Sequence record: NC_031047.1
Length of the DNA: 64,000 nucleotides
Origin: Escherichia phage HY03
Direction: 5' to 3' (one strand)
Below are positions 10,578-20,744 of this stretch, piece after piece (within the stretch, counting starts at the first letter, position 1; every line of letters starts with the position of its first letter). Under the pieces are notes generated by a model. It had not been told where the DNA came from. It ran no database searches and saw only the letters and a list, made by a program, of their open reading frames with translations. Both the position numbers and the translations under genes were made by a program.

Positions 10578-11075
10578 ATGATTATTAATATTGGTGAAAT
10601 TGCTCGTGTATCTGATAAATCCCGTTCTAAAGCAGCAGGAAAATTGGTTGAAATTGTAAGCATTCAGCTTAAACACGGTGTTAAAGATGAAGATTCTGAA
10701 GTAAAAGTGCGTATCATTCCTAAAGATGGAAAGTCTAAACCCCAGTTTGGCTATGTTCGTGCGAAATTTCTTGAGTCTGCGTTTTTGAAAGCTGTTCCTG
10801 CTAAAGGAATTGAAACGATTGATACTTCGCATGTAGGTGTAGACTTTAAGTGGAAACTCGGTCAAGCTATTAAGTTCGTCGCTCCTTATGAATTTGAATT
10901 TACTGAAGATGAGGAAGGGGTTGTTCAAAAACGCCGTACTCGTGCTATGTGCGCATACATTACCGATCAGTGGGTAGAAGATGGTGTTAAGCTGTACAAC
11001 GCGGTATTTTTAGGAACATACAAAGTCATTCCTGAAAGTTGGATTAAACACTATAGCAAAGCTCGCTGTGCATAA
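10578..11075 (+). CDS. motB: hypothetical early protein, possibly MotB
   Basis: 165 aa, close to the recalled 162 aa of T4 MotB, at the syntenic position between dexA and 39; sequence identity not verified. Confidence 0.4.
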   Translation: MIINIGEIARVSDKSRSKAAGKLVEIVSIQLKHGVKDEDSEVKVRIIPKDGKSKPQFGYVRAKFLESAFLKAVPAKGIETIDTSHVGVDFKWKLGQAIKFVAPYEFEFTEDEEGVVQKRRTRAMCAYITDQWVEDGVKLYNAVFLGTYKVIPESWIKHYSKARCA

Positions 11076-11100
11076 AGTTTAAAATTTTTTCATAAAACTA

Positions 11101-11129
11101 TATACATCAGTAGTTGATTATGGTACTAT
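11101..11129 (+). promoter_or_regulatory. probable early promoter with weak -35 and conserved leader
   Basis: TACTAT -10 at 11124..11129 followed by the leader TCAACTACTGATACAGAA also seen after the promoter at 23174. Confidence 0.4.
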
Positions 11130-11246
11130 ATCAATATCAACTACTGATACAGAAAACAACTTGGAGAATAAAATGGAAATTCGCCAAAGGTGCTGATACT
11201 CTTCTGAAACGCATCGCTCCAATGTTTAATTAATGAGGAAATTGTA

Positions 11247-11462
11247 ATGAAACGTAAAATTGTTCAGAATTGCACTAATGATGAATTTGAAGATGTATTA
11301 TTCGATCCAGATTTGGTAGTAGTTCAAAAGGAACATACTAGCAAGTTTACTCACTTGACTTCTGTTTATGTGTATGAGAAAGTCGGTGATAAACAACCAA
11401 TTTATGGTGTATTTCGTGAAATTACTGAAAATGGCACAACTTATTGGAAGGAAATTTATTAA
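11247..11462 (+). CDS. hypothetical protein (cef position)
   Basis: 71-aa ORF. Confidence 0.45.
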   Translation: MKRKIVQNCTNDEFEDVLFDPDLVVVQKEHTSKFTHLTSVYVYEKVGDKQPIYGVFREITENGTTYWKEIY

Positions 11463-11875
11463 TGGCTATTAAATTTGAAGTTAATAAATGGTATCAATTC
11501 AAAAATAAACAAGCTCAAGAAAATTTTATTAAAGACCATACTGATAACGGAATCTATGCGCGGCGTTTAGGTATGGAACCTTTTAAAATTTTAGATGTTG
11601 ACTATTACGGGCGTCCTACTAAAATTGTGACATCTACTGGCATAGTTGGATATTCATCACGAGGTACAGTCATTGACGAAAACTTTATCTGGCTTTCTAG
11701 CAACGAAGCCGAGTTCTTTAATGAAGTGGAAAATCCATATCAGGCTGCTGAAGAGCAGGAAGACCCTGCACCAGTAACTGAACCATCTGAATTCCCGGTA
11801 ATGAAAGTTACTATTGAAAATAATGAACAAGCATGGTCCTTGTATCAGATGTTGAAAGCTCACTTTAAGGAATAA
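11462..11875 (+). CDS. hypothetical protein (goF position)
   Basis: 137 aa from ATG 11462 (TAATG overlap); ORF-track start 11444 is TTG. Confidence 0.45.
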   Translation: MAIKFEVNKWYQFKNKQAQENFIKDHTDNGIYARRLGMEPFKILDVDYYGRPTKIVTSTGIVGYSSRGTVIDENFIWLSSNEAEFFNEVENPYQAAEEQEDPAPVTEPSEFPVMKVTIENNEQAWSLYQMLKAHFKE

Positions 11876-11877
11876 TT

Positions 11878-12054
11878 ATGCCGCTTTATGATTATAAATG
11901 TCAATCCAAAGACTGTGCAAAAGAATACGAAAAAATCAAGAAAATTTCTGAAAGAGATACTGATGTATGTCCTGATTGTCATCGGATTGCTATTCGGTTA
12001 GTTTCCGCTCCTAAGCATGTGAACGGTGGATTTTACGACTTACTTAAAGGGTAA
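11878..12054 (+). CDS. small zinc-ribbon protein (CxxxxC ... CxxC)
   Basis: 58-aa ORF MPLYDYKCQSKDCAKEYEKIKKISERDTDVCPDCHRIAIR...; below the ORF-track length cutoff. Confidence 0.5.
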   Translation: MPLYDYKCQSKDCAKEYEKIKKISERDTDVCPDCHRIAIRLVSAPKHVNGGFYDLLKG

Positions 12055-12056
12055 TT

Positions 12057-12314
12057 ATGAAATATGTTAATCGTTCTATCGCAGCATTAGTATTAGCAGT
12101 GTCTTTAGTAGGATGTACTGATGCTGATAATGCAACCAAAGTTTTGTCTTCAAGCGGTTTTACTAATATTGAAATCACTGGATATAATTGGTTCGGTTGC
12201 TCTGAAAATGATTTCCAGCATACTGGATTTCGTGCTATTGGGACCTACTGGGCAGAAAGTAGAAGGAACAGTATGTTCTGGACTATTCTTCAAGGATTCG
12301 ACTATCCGTTTTAA
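12057..12314 (+). CDS. putative lipoprotein (39.1 position)
   Basis: 85 aa; signal peptide plus lipobox LVGC. Confidence 0.55.
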   Translation: MKYVNRSIAALVLAVSLVGCTDADNATKVLSSSGFTNIEITGYNWFGCSENDFQHTGFRAIGTYWAESRRNSMFWTILQGFDYPF

Positions 12315-12317
12315 ATA

Positions 12318-12335
12318 AAAGGCCTTCGGGCCTTT
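12318..12335 (+). other. C(UUCG)G stable RNA hairpin after the lipoprotein ORF
   Basis: AAAGGCC-TTCG-GGCCTTT; same sequence recurs at 62488..62505. Confidence 0.6.
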
Positions 12336-12360
12336 AGCTTTATGATTACCGGAGTATAAT
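12333..12360 (+). promoter_or_regulatory. candidate MotA-dependent middle promoter for gene 39
   Basis: MotA-box-like TTTAGCTTTA about 12 nt upstream of TATAAT 12355..12360. Confidence 0.35.
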
Positions 12361-12387
12361 ATTCCCGAAACCAAACGAGGATAAGTG

Positions 12388-13938
12388 ATGATTAAGAATG
12401 AAATTAAAATTCTGAGCGATATTGAACATATCAAAAAGCGTAGCGGCATGTACATTGGCTCTTCTGCTAATGAAATGCATGAGCGCTTTCTGTTTGGTAA
12501 ATGGGAAAGTGTTCAGTATGTACCTGGTCTTGTTAAGCTTATTGATGAAATTATCGATAACTCAGTAGATGAAGGTATTCGTACTAAGTTTAAATTCGCA
12601 AATAAAATTAATGTTACTATTAAAAACAATCAAGTAACAGTTGAAGATAACGGTCGCGGTATTCCACAGGCGATGGTTAAAACACCTACCGGTGAAGAAA
12701 TTCCTGGTCCTGTTGCTGCGTGGACTATTCCAAAAGCAGGTGGTAACTTCGGTGATGATAAAGAACGCGTCACTGGCGGTATGAATGGTGTTGGTTCTAG
12801 TTTGACAAACATTTTTTCTGTGATGTTTGTCGGTGAAACTGGTGATGGTCAAAATAATATTGTAGTTCGTTGTTCAAATGGCATGGAAAATAAATCATGG
12901 GAAGATATTCCCGGAAAATGGAAAGGAACTCGTGTTACTTTCATTCCTGATTTTATGTCATTTGAAACTAATGAGTTGTCCCAAGTTTATCTTGACATTA
13001 CATTAGATCGTCTCCAGACACTTGCTGTTGTTTATCCTGATATTCAATTTACCTTTAATGGTAAAAAGGTTCAGGGCAATTTTAAGAAATATGCACGCCA
13101 ATATGATGAACATGCTATCGTTCAAGAACAAGAAAATTGTTCTATTGCGGTCGGTCGTTCACCGGATGGTTTTCGTCAATTAACATACGTCAATAACATT
13201 CACACTAAGAATGGTGGTCATCACATTGACTGTGTTATGGATGATATTTGTGAAGACCTTATTCCACAAATCAAACGTAAGTTCAAAATTGATGTAACTA
13301 AAGCACGTGTCAAAGAATGTTTGACTATCGTTATGTTTGTTCGTGATATGAAAAACATGCGATTTGATTCTCAAACTAAAGAACGACTTACTTCTCCTTT
13401 TGGTGAAATTCGTAGTCATATTCAACTTGATGCTAAAAAGATTTCACGTGCTATTTTAAATAATGAAGCAATTTTAATGCCGATTATTGAAGCTGCTTTG
13501 GCTCGTAAATTGGCGGCAGAAAAAGCAGCAGAAACTAAAGCAGCTAAAAAGGCTTCTAAAGCTAAGGTTCATAAACATATTAAAGCGAATCTTTGCGGTA
13601 AAGATGCTGACACTACTCTTTTCTTGACTGAGGGTGATTCGGCTATCGGATATCTTATTGATGTTCGTGATAAAGAACTTCACGGCGGTTATCCATTGCG
13701 TGGTAAAGTTCTTAATAGCTGGGGTATGTCATATGCTGATATGCTTAAAAACAAAGAACTATTTGATATTTGCGCAATCACTGGATTAGTTCTTGGTGAA
13801 AAAGCGTTTGAAGAAAAAGAAGACGGTGAGTGGTTTACTCTCGAACTAAATGGTGATACAATTATTGTAAATGAAAATGATGAAGTACAGATTAATGGTA
13901 AATGGATAACAGTAGGTGAATTACGAAAAAATCTATAA
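12388..13938 (+). CDS. 39: DNA topoisomerase II large subunit gp39 (N-terminal ATPase part of the split gene)
   Basis: 516 aa from ATG 12388 (SD GAGGA); GHKL ATPase motifs; ends where mobA begins. Confidence 0.95.
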   Translation: MIKNEIKILSDIEHIKKRSGMYIGSSANEMHERFLFGKWESVQYVPGLVKLIDEIIDNSVDEGIRTKFKFANKINVTIKNNQVTVEDNGRGIPQAMVKTPTGEEIPGPVAAWTIPKAGGNFGDDKERVTGGMNGVGSSLTNIFSVMFVGETGDGQNNIVVRCSNGMENKSWEDIPGKWKGTRVTFIPDFMSFETNELSQVYLDITLDRLQTLAVVYPDIQFTFNGKKVQGNFKKYARQYDEHAIVQEQENCSIAVGRSPDGFRQLTYVNNIHTKNGGHHIDCVMDDICEDLIPQIKRKFKIDVTKARVKECLTIVMFVRDMKNMRFDSQTKERLTSPFGEIRSHIQLDAKKISRAILNNEAILMPIIEAALARKLAAEKAAETKAAKKASKAKVHKHIKANLCGKDADTTLFLTEGDSAIGYLIDVRDKELHGGYPLRGKVLNSWGMSYADMLKNKELFDICAITGLVLGEKAFEEKEDGEWFTLELNGDTIIVNENDEVQINGKWITVGELRKNL

Positions 13939-14734
13939 TGACTTAATAGCGCGGGGTAAAACTCGCGTTTCTAAATTTAAAGGTGAAATTCACCATATCC
14001 TTCCAAGATCAATGGGAGGTTCTGATGATAAAGAAAATTTGGTAAAACTGACTTTTCGTGAACACTTTTTAGCACATTTTCTACTATATAAAATTCATCG
14101 TAATCGTGAAATGGCATATGCGATGAATAGAATGTTAAACACTGAAAAATATTTACGTTCTAGTAAATTATATGAAATTGCTAGAATTTACCATCAAAGA
14201 GCAGTATCTGAATGGTCAAAAAACTTTATGAAAGATAAAGTTTTAATGAGAAGTATTAAATCGGGTAAATGCGCCTTATTAATTAAAGGATCATTTAACC
14301 CAAAGGAATGGTGCGGTGTTAATAAAGGTGTTAAGCTTCCTGGAATTAAAGGCATGACATGCTTTAAAAATGAAAAAGGCGAAGTTTTTCGTCTTCATGT
14401 TAATGATCCACGCATTAAAGCTGAAAAATTAGTTGGTATTGGAAATACTGTTGCTGCTACTGCAAAAGCAGCTGAACTTGAAAAAGCGAAACCATGGTAT
14501 AATAAATCAGCGACAAATCCAGAGGCTGTAAAATTAATACCAAATTTATATGAATGGTACGTCACGAAATATGACCCCGATCATTATAAACGAACGGGAG
14601 TTGCTAAATGGAAATCAGTTAATAATATAACTGTGAATTCAAAATTATTCGGCCGAGCATTTAATGAATTTAAACGCGGCTGGATTCCTGATGAAAAGTT
14701 CTACGAGGTGTATAATGAAATTTGTAAAAATTGA
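13916..14734 (+). CDS. mobA: MobA HNH homing endonuclease inserted between topoisomerase segments 39 and 60
   Basis: 272 aa, MNYEKIYNDLIARG...EIHHILPRSMGGSDDKENLV...HF HNH motif; N-terminus paralogous to mobE (46885). Confidence 0.85.
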   Translation: MNYEKIYNDLIARGKTRVSKFKGEIHHILPRSMGGSDDKENLVKLTFREHFLAHFLLYKIHRNREMAYAMNRMLNTEKYLRSSKLYEIARIYHQRAVSEWSKNFMKDKVLMRSIKSGKCALLIKGSFNPKEWCGVNKGVKLPGIKGMTCFKNEKGEVFRLHVNDPRIKAEKLVGIGNTVAATAKAAELEKAKPWYNKSATNPEAVKLIPNLYEWYVTKYDPDHYKRTGVAKWKSVNNITVNSKLFGRAFNEFKRGWIPDEKFYEVYNEICKN

Positions 14735-15247
14735 TTCTTCTAGCATTGATATGAAAAAATATAAATCGCAGAACAATGTCCGTCGTTCTATTAAATCCTC
14801 TTCAATGAACTATGCGAATGTCGCTATTATGACAGACGCAGATCACGATGGATAGCCTTCGGGCTATCTATAGAAATACCTCATAATTAAGAGATTATTG
14901 GATTAGGTTCTATTTATCCTTCTCTGCTCGGATTTTTTAGTAATTGGCCAGAATTGTTTGAGCAAGGACGAATTCGTTTTGTCAAAACTCCTGTAATCAT
15001 CGCTCAGGTCGGTAAAAAACAAGAATGGTTTTATACAGTCGCTGAATATGAGAGTGCCAAAGATGCTCTACCTAAACATAGCATCCGTTATATTAAAGGA
15101 CTTGGTTCTTTGGAAAAATCTGAATATCGTGAGATGATTCAAAACCCAGTATATGATGTTGTTAAACTTCCTGAGAATTGGAAAGAGCTTTTTGAAATGC
15201 TCATGGGAGATAATGCTGACCTTCGTAAAGAATGGATGAGCCAGTAG
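14715..15247 (+). CDS. 60: DNA topoisomerase II small subunit gp60, decoded by translational bypass: join(14715..14852,14903..15247)
   Basis: Codons 1-46 end at GGA 14850..14852 followed by TAG; decoding resumes at TTA 14903 (LGSIYPSLLGFFSNWPELFEQGRIRF...), matching recalled T4 gp60. Confidence 0.93.
14850..14905 (+). other. gene 60 translational bypass element (take-off GGA, UAG, stem-loop, 50-nt coding gap, landing GGA)
   Basis: GGA-TAG at 14850..14855; hairpin GATAGCC-TTCG-GGCTATC 14851..14868; landing GGA 14900..14902. Confidence 0.93.
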
Positions 15248-15276
15248 TTTACTTTACCACAAGGATGTGGTATAAT
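15247..15276 (+). promoter_or_regulatory. T4-type early promoter upstream of rIIA.1 and rIIA
   Basis: GTTTAC 15247..15252, TG-n-TATAAT 15271..15276. Confidence 0.7.
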
Positions 15277-15301
15277 TAATTGGGCAAATGAGGATATTGA
15301 A

Positions 15302-15505
15302 ATGAAATCATATAGAGTAAATTTAGAACTTTTTGATAAAGCAGTTCATCGAGAATATAGAATCATTCAACGCTTTTTCGATATGGGAGAAGCCGAAGAA
15401 TTTAAAAACCGCTTTAAGGATATTAGAGATAAAATTCAATCCGACACCGCAACTAAAGATGAACTACTAGAAGTTGCTGAAGTTATTAAACGCAATATGA
15501 ATTAA
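15302..15505 (+). CDS. hypothetical protein (rIIA.1 position)
   Basis: 67-aa ORF directly upstream of rIIA. Confidence 0.55.
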   Translation: MKSYRVNLELFDKAVHREYRIIQRFFDMGEAEEFKNRFKDIRDKIQSDTATKDELLEVAEVIKRNMN

Positions 15506-15515
15506 TGAGGAAATT

Positions 15516-17693
15516 ATGATTATCACCACTGAAAAAGAAACAATTCTTGGTAATGGTTCTAAATCAAAAGCATTTAGCATCACAGCATCTCCTAAAGTAT
15601 TTAAAATTCTGTCATCTGATTTGTATACAAACAAAATTCGCGCAGTAGTCCGTGAATTAATTACTAACATGATTGATGCTCATGCACTTAATGGAAATCC
15701 TGAAAAATTTATTATACAAGTTCCTGGACGTTTAGACCCACGATTTGTTTGTCGAGATTTTGGTCCGGGTATGAGTGATTTTGATATTCAAGGTGATGAT
15801 AATTCTCCTGGTCTGTATAATTCATACTTCAGTTCATCTAAGGCTGAATCTAACGATTTCATTGGCGGATTTGGTTTAGGTTCTAAATCTCCATTTAGTT
15901 ATACTGATACATTTAGTATTACTTCGTATCATAAAGGTGAAATTCGTGGTTATGTAGCTTACATGGATGGTGATGGTCCACAGATTAAACCTACATTCGT
16001 AAAAGAAATGGGTCCAGATGATAAAACTGGTATTGAAATCGTAGTTCCAGTTGAAGAAAAAGACTTTAGAAACTTTGCTTATGAAGTTTCTTATATCATG
16101 CGACCGTTCAAAGATTTGGCTATCATTAATGGTCTTGACCGCGAAATTGATTATTTTCCGGATTTTGATGACTATTACGGTGTAAATCCAGAAAGATACT
16201 GGCCAGATCGTGGTGGATTGTATGCTATCTATGGTGGTATTGTTTATCCTATTGATGGTGTTATTAGAGACCGTAACTGGCTAAGCATTCGCAATGAAGT
16301 GAATTACATTAAGTTTCCAATGGGTTCACTTGATATTGCTCCATCACGTGAAGCTCTTTCATTGGATGATCGTACTCGTAAAAATATTATTGAACGAGTT
16401 AAAGAGCTTAGTGAGAAAGCATTTAATGAAGATGTAAAACGATTTAAAGAATCTACATCTCCTCGTCACACATACCGTGAATTGATGAAGATGGGGTATT
16501 CTGCTCGAGATTATATGATTAGTAATTCAGTCAAATTCACGACTAAAAATCTGTCATATAAAAAGATGCAGAGCATGTTTGAACCTGACAGTAAGTTATG
16601 CAATGCAGGGGTTGTGTATGAAGTAAATCTTGACCCTCGACTGAAACGCATTAAGCAAAGTCATGAAACTTCAGCCGTCGCATCAAGTTATCGTCTGTTT
16701 GGTATTAATACAACAAAAATTAATATCGTTATTGATGATATTAAAAATCGTGTTAATATTGTTCGTGGATTAGCACATGCGTTAGATGATAGTGAATTTA
16801 ATAACACTTTAAATATTCATCACAATGAGCGTCTTCTGTTTATTAATCCAGAAGTAGAATCGCAGATTGATTTACTCCCTGATATTATGGCGATGTTTGA
16901 AAGTGATGAAGTTAACATTCATTATTTGTCAGAAATCGAAGCTTTAGTTAAAAGCTATATTCCAAAGGTAGTTAAAAGTAAAGCTCCTCGTCCTAAAGCT
17001 GCTACAGCATTTAAGTTTGAAATTAAAGACGGGCGCTGGGAAAAAGAGGAATTATTTACGCTCACATCAGAAGCAGATGAAATTACTGGTTATGTAGCGT
17101 ATATGCATCGTTCTGATATTTTCTCTATGGATGGTACTACATCTCTTTGTCATCCATCTATGAATATTTTGATTCGTATGGCTAATCTTATTGGCATTAA
17201 TGAATTTTATGTTATTCGTCCGCTTTTACAGAAAAAGGTAAAAGAACTCGGTCAGTGCCAATGTATTTTTGAAACTTTGCGTGATTTATATGTAGATGCT
17301 TTTGATGATGTAGATTATGATAAGTACGTAGGTTATTCAAGTTCAGCTCAACGATATATTGATAAAATTATCAAGTATCCTGAGTTAGATTTTATGATGA
17401 AGTACTTCAGTACAGATGAAGTTTCTGAAGAATATACACGACTCGCTAATATAGTTAGTTCATTGCGCGGTGTATATTTTAATGGTGGAAAAGATACCAT
17501 TGGTCATGACATCTGGACAGTAACTAATCTTTTTGATGTATTATCAAATAATGCTTCAAAAAACAGTGATAAAATGGTTGCTGAGTTTACCAAGAAATTC
17601 CGCATTGTTTCCGACTTCATCGGTTATCGCAACTCTTTAAGTGATGATGAAGTTTCTCAAATCGCTAAAACTATGAAGGCCCTTGCGGCCTAA
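15516..17693 (+). CDS. rIIA: rIIA membrane-associated protein
   Basis: 725 aa; matches recalled T4 rIIA length and N-terminal sequence. Confidence 0.93.
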   Translation: MIITTEKETILGNGSKSKAFSITASPKVFKILSSDLYTNKIRAVVRELITNMIDAHALNGNPEKFIIQVPGRLDPRFVCRDFGPGMSDFDIQGDDNSPGLYNSYFSSSKAESNDFIGGFGLGSKSPFSYTDTFSITSYHKGEIRGYVAYMDGDGPQIKPTFVKEMGPDDKTGIEIVVPVEEKDFRNFAYEVSYIMRPFKDLAIINGLDREIDYFPDFDDYYGVNPERYWPDRGGLYAIYGGIVYPIDGVIRDRNWLSIRNEVNYIKFPMGSLDIAPSREALSLDDRTRKNIIERVKELSEKAFNEDVKRFKESTSPRHTYRELMKMGYSARDYMISNSVKFTTKNLSYKKMQSMFEPDSKLCNAGVVYEVNLDPRLKRIKQSHETSAVASSYRLFGINTTKINIVIDDIKNRVNIVRGLAHALDDSEFNNTLNIHHNERLLFINPEVESQIDLLPDIMAMFESDEVNIHYLSEIEALVKSYIPKVVKSKAPRPKAATAFKFEIKDGRWEKEELFTLTSEADEITGYVAYMHRSDIFSMDGTTSLCHPSMNILIRMANLIGINEFYVIRPLLQKKVKELGQCQCIFETLRDLYVDAFDDVDYDKYVGYSSSAQRYIDKIIKYPELDFMMKYFSTDEVSEEYTRLANIVSSLRGVYFNGGKDTIGHDIWTVTNLFDVLSNNASKNSDKMVAEFTKKFRIVSDFIGYRNSLSDDEVSQIAKTMKALAA

Positions 17694-17704
17694 TAAGGAA
17701 AATT

Positions 17705-18643
17705 ATGTACAATATTAAATGCCTGACCAAAAACGAACAAGCTGAAATTGTTAAACTGTATTCAAGCGGTAATTATACCCAACAGGAATTGGCTGATTGG
17801 CAAGGTGTATCGGTTGACACAATCCGTCGTGTTTTGAAAAATGCTGAAGAAGCTAAACACCCTAAAGTTACTATTAGCGGTGACATTACAGTTGAAGTTA
17901 AGAGTGATGTAGCTATTGCTCCAGTTGCTAAATCTGACATTATTTGGAATGCATCTAAAAAATTCATTTCAATTACTGTTGACGGTGTAACTTATAACGC
18001 AACTCCTAATACTCATTCAAACTTCCAGGAAATTCTTAATCTGCTTGTAGCGGATAAGCTGGAAGAAGCAGCACAAAAAATTAATGTTCGTCGCGCCGTT
18101 GAAAAATATATTTCCGGCGATGTTCGAATTGAAGGTGGAAGCTTGTTCTATCAAAATATCGAATTGCGGTCTGGTTTGGTTGATCGTATTCTTGACTCGA
18201 TGGAAAAAGGCGAAAACTTTGAATTTTATTTTCCGTTCTTGGAAAATCTGCTGGAAAACCCAAGCCAAAAAGCGGTATCTCGACTCTTTGATTTCTTGGT
18301 AGCAAACGATATTGAAATTACAGAAGATGGTTACTTCTATGCTTGGAAAGTAGTTCGCAGCAATTACTTTGACTGTCACTCAAACACCTTTGATAACAGT
18401 CCTGGTAAAGTAGTTAAAATGCCACGTACTCGTGTGAATGACGATGATACACAAACTTGTTCTCGTGGTCTGCATGTGTGTTCTAAATCTTATATTCGTC
18501 ACTTTGGCAGTTCAACCAGTCGAGTTGTAAAAGTTAAAGTACATCCGCGTGATGTAGTATCAATTCCGATTGATTACAACGATGCTAAAATGCGTACCTG
18601 CCAATACGAAGTAGTTGAAGACGTTACTGAACAATTTAGATAA
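17705..18643 (+). CDS. rIIB: rIIB protein
   Basis: 312 aa, MYNIKCLTKNEQAEIVKLYSSGNYTQQELAD...; matches recalled T4 rIIB. Confidence 0.93.
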   Translation: MYNIKCLTKNEQAEIVKLYSSGNYTQQELADWQGVSVDTIRRVLKNAEEAKHPKVTISGDITVEVKSDVAIAPVAKSDIIWNASKKFISITVDGVTYNATPNTHSNFQEILNLLVADKLEEAAQKINVRRAVEKYISGDVRIEGGSLFYQNIELRSGLVDRILDSMEKGENFEFYFPFLENLLENPSQKAVSRLFDFLVANDIEITEDGYFYAWKVVRSNYFDCHSNTFDNSPGKVVKMPRTRVNDDDTQTCSRGLHVCSKSYIRHFGSSTSRVVKVKVHPRDVVSIPIDYNDAKMRTCQYEVVEDVTEQFR

Positions 18644-18675
18644 GGGCTTCGGCCCTTATCACATTAAGGAAAATT

Positions 18676-18870
18676 ATGTTAGGTTATCAAGCACGAGTAA
18701 AAGAAGAATACGACCAATTAATGCTCAAAATTAATGCACTGAGCAAATTTTTAGAAAGTACAAAGTTTCTAACGATTAATGAAGTTGAGCAAGAACTGTT
18801 GTTTTCGCAGTTTATCTCAATGAAATCTTATGCAGAGTGTTTAGAGAAAAGAATCGCACAATTCAAATAA
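18676..18870 (+). CDS. hypothetical small protein
   Basis: 64-aa ORF between rIIB and denB. Confidence 0.45.
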   Translation: MLGYQARVKEEYDQLMLKINALSKFLESTKFLTINEVEQELLFSQFISMKSYAECLEKRIAQFK

Positions 18871-18873
18871 AGT

Positions 18874-18897
18874 AAAGGGCTTCGGCCCTTTTGTTTT
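18874..18897 (+). terminator. Rho-independent terminator (AAAGGGC-UUCG-GCCCUUU plus U-rich tail)
   Basis: Hairpin followed by TTGTTTT. Confidence 0.65.
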
Positions 18898-18956
18898 AAG
18901 AGAAACTATGATTTATTATATGAATATCAGTGATTCCGACGTAAAAGGAAAGTTTA

Positions 18957-19514
18957 ATGCAGAAAACGAATCCGGGTTTACAGAGACTATTTCAGATTCC
19001 GACATTTACCCTATCGAACAGTGACTTGACTAGTGAAATGAAGGTCAAAATTGCTGATACTGCAAGATACTCTTTAAAACAAAACCCGAACCAGGATAAA
19101 GCAGAAGTTATTGAAAGATGCCGTATCGCGGTGTACGCAGAGTTTTTTGTAGCAGATTGGCTAAGCGGGTATGTTAACAAAGGTCAAGAAGATGTCGATG
19201 ATCCGTACACATATGCATGGGATGTATTGGCGCATCCAAGATACTGCGGGCTTCGTGTAGAAGTTAAGACACACCAAACTGACTCACGTTGGATTTCTGT
19301 AACAACAGGATGCAGCGGAGAGTATCCATACGGTTCTGGAATAAATCTAGGGCCCATTCTGAATCATCAGGTCGCTGACTGTATAATTATATTCAACACT
19401 AAAGAAATTCATCCAGGTGTCATCCAGTACACTCCGAAGTTCATCGGTGATAGAGAAGACCTTCGTAAGGTTGTAAGAAAAAGCAACTACAACGGATGGT
19501 ATCTTTCCATTTAA
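18957..19514 (+). CDS. denB: DenB endonuclease IV
   Basis: 185 aa; matches recalled T4 DenB length and position. Confidence 0.8.
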   Translation: MQKTNPGLQRLFQIPTFTLSNSDLTSEMKVKIADTARYSLKQNPNQDKAEVIERCRIAVYAEFFVADWLSGYVNKGQEDVDDPYTYAWDVLAHPRYCGLRVEVKTHQTDSRWISVTTGCSGEYPYGSGINLGPILNHQVADCIIIFNTKEIHPGVIQYTPKFIGDREDLRKVVRKSNYNGWYLSI

Positions 19515-19530
19515 AAATTTTCACAAAACA

Positions 19531-19560
19531 GTTTACATACCACAAGGACTGTGGTACTAT
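19531..19560 (+). promoter_or_regulatory. T4-type early promoter
   Basis: GTTTAC 19531..19536, TG-n-TACTAT 19555..19560. Confidence 0.7.
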
Positions 19561-19587
19561 ACAACTATCAGCTACGGAGGAGTAAAA

Positions 19588-19851
19588 ATGAAATTTAAAT
19601 TCTTTTATGTTAAACATAAAATCACAGGTGAATTTGTTTATGTACAATATTCTGAAATTGACGATGCAACATCATTTATTTCATTGGGATTGTCTAAATA
19701 TGAATCAGACCAACCATATCTTACTGATAAATTGCAACAAGAGCGTTTGTTGAATGGTGATTTAAACAATTCTTGGGAAGTTCTTATTTACGATGATTTA
19801 AAGAAAGCTATTAAAGAAAATAATCTTGAAATCATTGAGATTGAACTATGA
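19588..19851 (+). CDS. hypothetical protein (ndd-region)
   Basis: 87-aa ORF with SD GGAGGAG upstream. Confidence 0.5.
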   Translation: MKFKFFYVKHKITGEFVYVQYSEIDDATSFISLGLSKYESDQPYLTDKLQQERLLNGDLNNSWEVLIYDDLKKAIKENNLEIIEIEL

Positions 19852-20036
19852 GTTCATTATGGTGGTGTTTTGTTTGGTTAATTAGTATTCCAATAATTTG
19901 TTTAACATTTACTTTTGTGATGAGGTTATTATGAAAATTTTGAATTCTGTACTTATTGCGTGTGCGTGGTGGGTTGCGCAAGTTTCGGCGGTAGTAGTTG
20001 GTATTCACATTTATTACGAATATTTTTAAAAAAGTT

Positions 20037-20066
20037 GTTTACAAGACTGTTCCTCTGTGGTATTAT
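20037..20066 (+). promoter_or_regulatory. T4-type early promoter
   Basis: GTTTAC 20037..20042, TATTAT 20061..20066. Confidence 0.65.
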
Positions 20067-20094
20067 TATCCTATCAACTACGGAGGAACAGAAA

Positions 20095-20208
20095 ATGAAA
20101 AAGATTATTAAAGCTATATGGAATGTAGTTATAATACTAGTAGTTTTGAGTATATTCCCAATCGTTTTAATGATTGATGTATTAAACGCTTACTTTGGAT
20201 TTATGTGA
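20095..20208 (+). CDS. small hydrophobic membrane peptide
   Basis: 37 aa from ATG 20095 (SD GGAGGAA); the ORF-track frame 19960..20208 extends upstream across the promoter. Confidence 0.45.
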   Translation: MKKIIKAIWNVVIILVVLSIFPIVLMIDVLNAYFGFM

Positions 20209-20215
20209 GGAAAAT

Positions 20216-20413
20216 ATGAAGCGTAAACGCAGTGCTTTTACATTTATGGAATGGTTTTTCGATAATATTTTTCCGGCTTTATTCATTTTCATGTTGATTT
20301 TCGCCTTGGGTTCAGTTGTAGTTGGAATCTATTTGATGACAGTAGTCGGAATTGATATTCATCAAAATGGTTTAAAATCTGTGGTTGAAACAATTTGGAA
20401 TGGTGTAAAATGA
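20216..20413 (+). CDS. small membrane protein
   Basis: 65 aa from ATG 20216 (SD GAGGA); hydrophobic segments. Confidence 0.5.
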   Translation: MKRKRSAFTFMEWFFDNIFPALFIFMLIFALGSVVVGIYLMTVVGIDIHQNGLKSVVETIWNGVK

Positions 20414-20520
20414 TGAATTTACTAAACATTTGGTTTTATATTCTTATGTTTTACATTGGTGCAAATTTCCCATATTGGATGGGATGGTCAACAACTGCAT
20501 TTGGATTTTATACTCCCTGA
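20410..20520 (+). CDS. small hydrophobic peptide
   Basis: 36-aa ORF, ATGA overlap with upstream ORF. Confidence 0.4.
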   Translation: MMNLLNIWFYILMFYIGANFPYWMGWSTTAFGFYTP

Positions 20521-20528
20521 GGTGAATT

Positions 20529-20744
20529 ATGAAAATTTTTAAAGATGTAAAAGTTGGTGAAATTTTCTGTTTAGATAACGGTGATCAGTTAATTCGTATT
20601 TCACCTCTTAAGAGCACTAACGAGAAACCGACAGTTAATGCTACTTTAGCAAATAACAGTAATGAACGTTTCTGTATTGAAAATGATACTGAAACTTATA
20701 CCGTAGAAGAATTCTGGGAATTGAGCGTCGACTGCGACGAGTAA
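20529..20744 (+). CDS. hypothetical small protein
   Basis: 71-aa ORF, SD GAGGTGA upstream. Confidence 0.5.
   Translation: MKIFKDVKVGEIFCLDNGDQLIRISPLKSTNEKPTVNATLANNSNERFCIENDTETYTVEEFWELSVDCDE

Noticed and set aside
11173-11196. A 7-codon ORF (MEIRQRC) with good SD in the leader upstream of the cef-position ORF
   Set aside because: Too short to call as a gene; could be a leader peptide or decayed start, with no further support.
19930-20208. A 92-codon ORF starting at ATG 19930 and reading through to 20208
   Set aside because: It reads straight across a canonical early promoter (20037..20066) and its leader; only the 37-codon ORF from ATG 20095 with SD GGAGGAA is kept.
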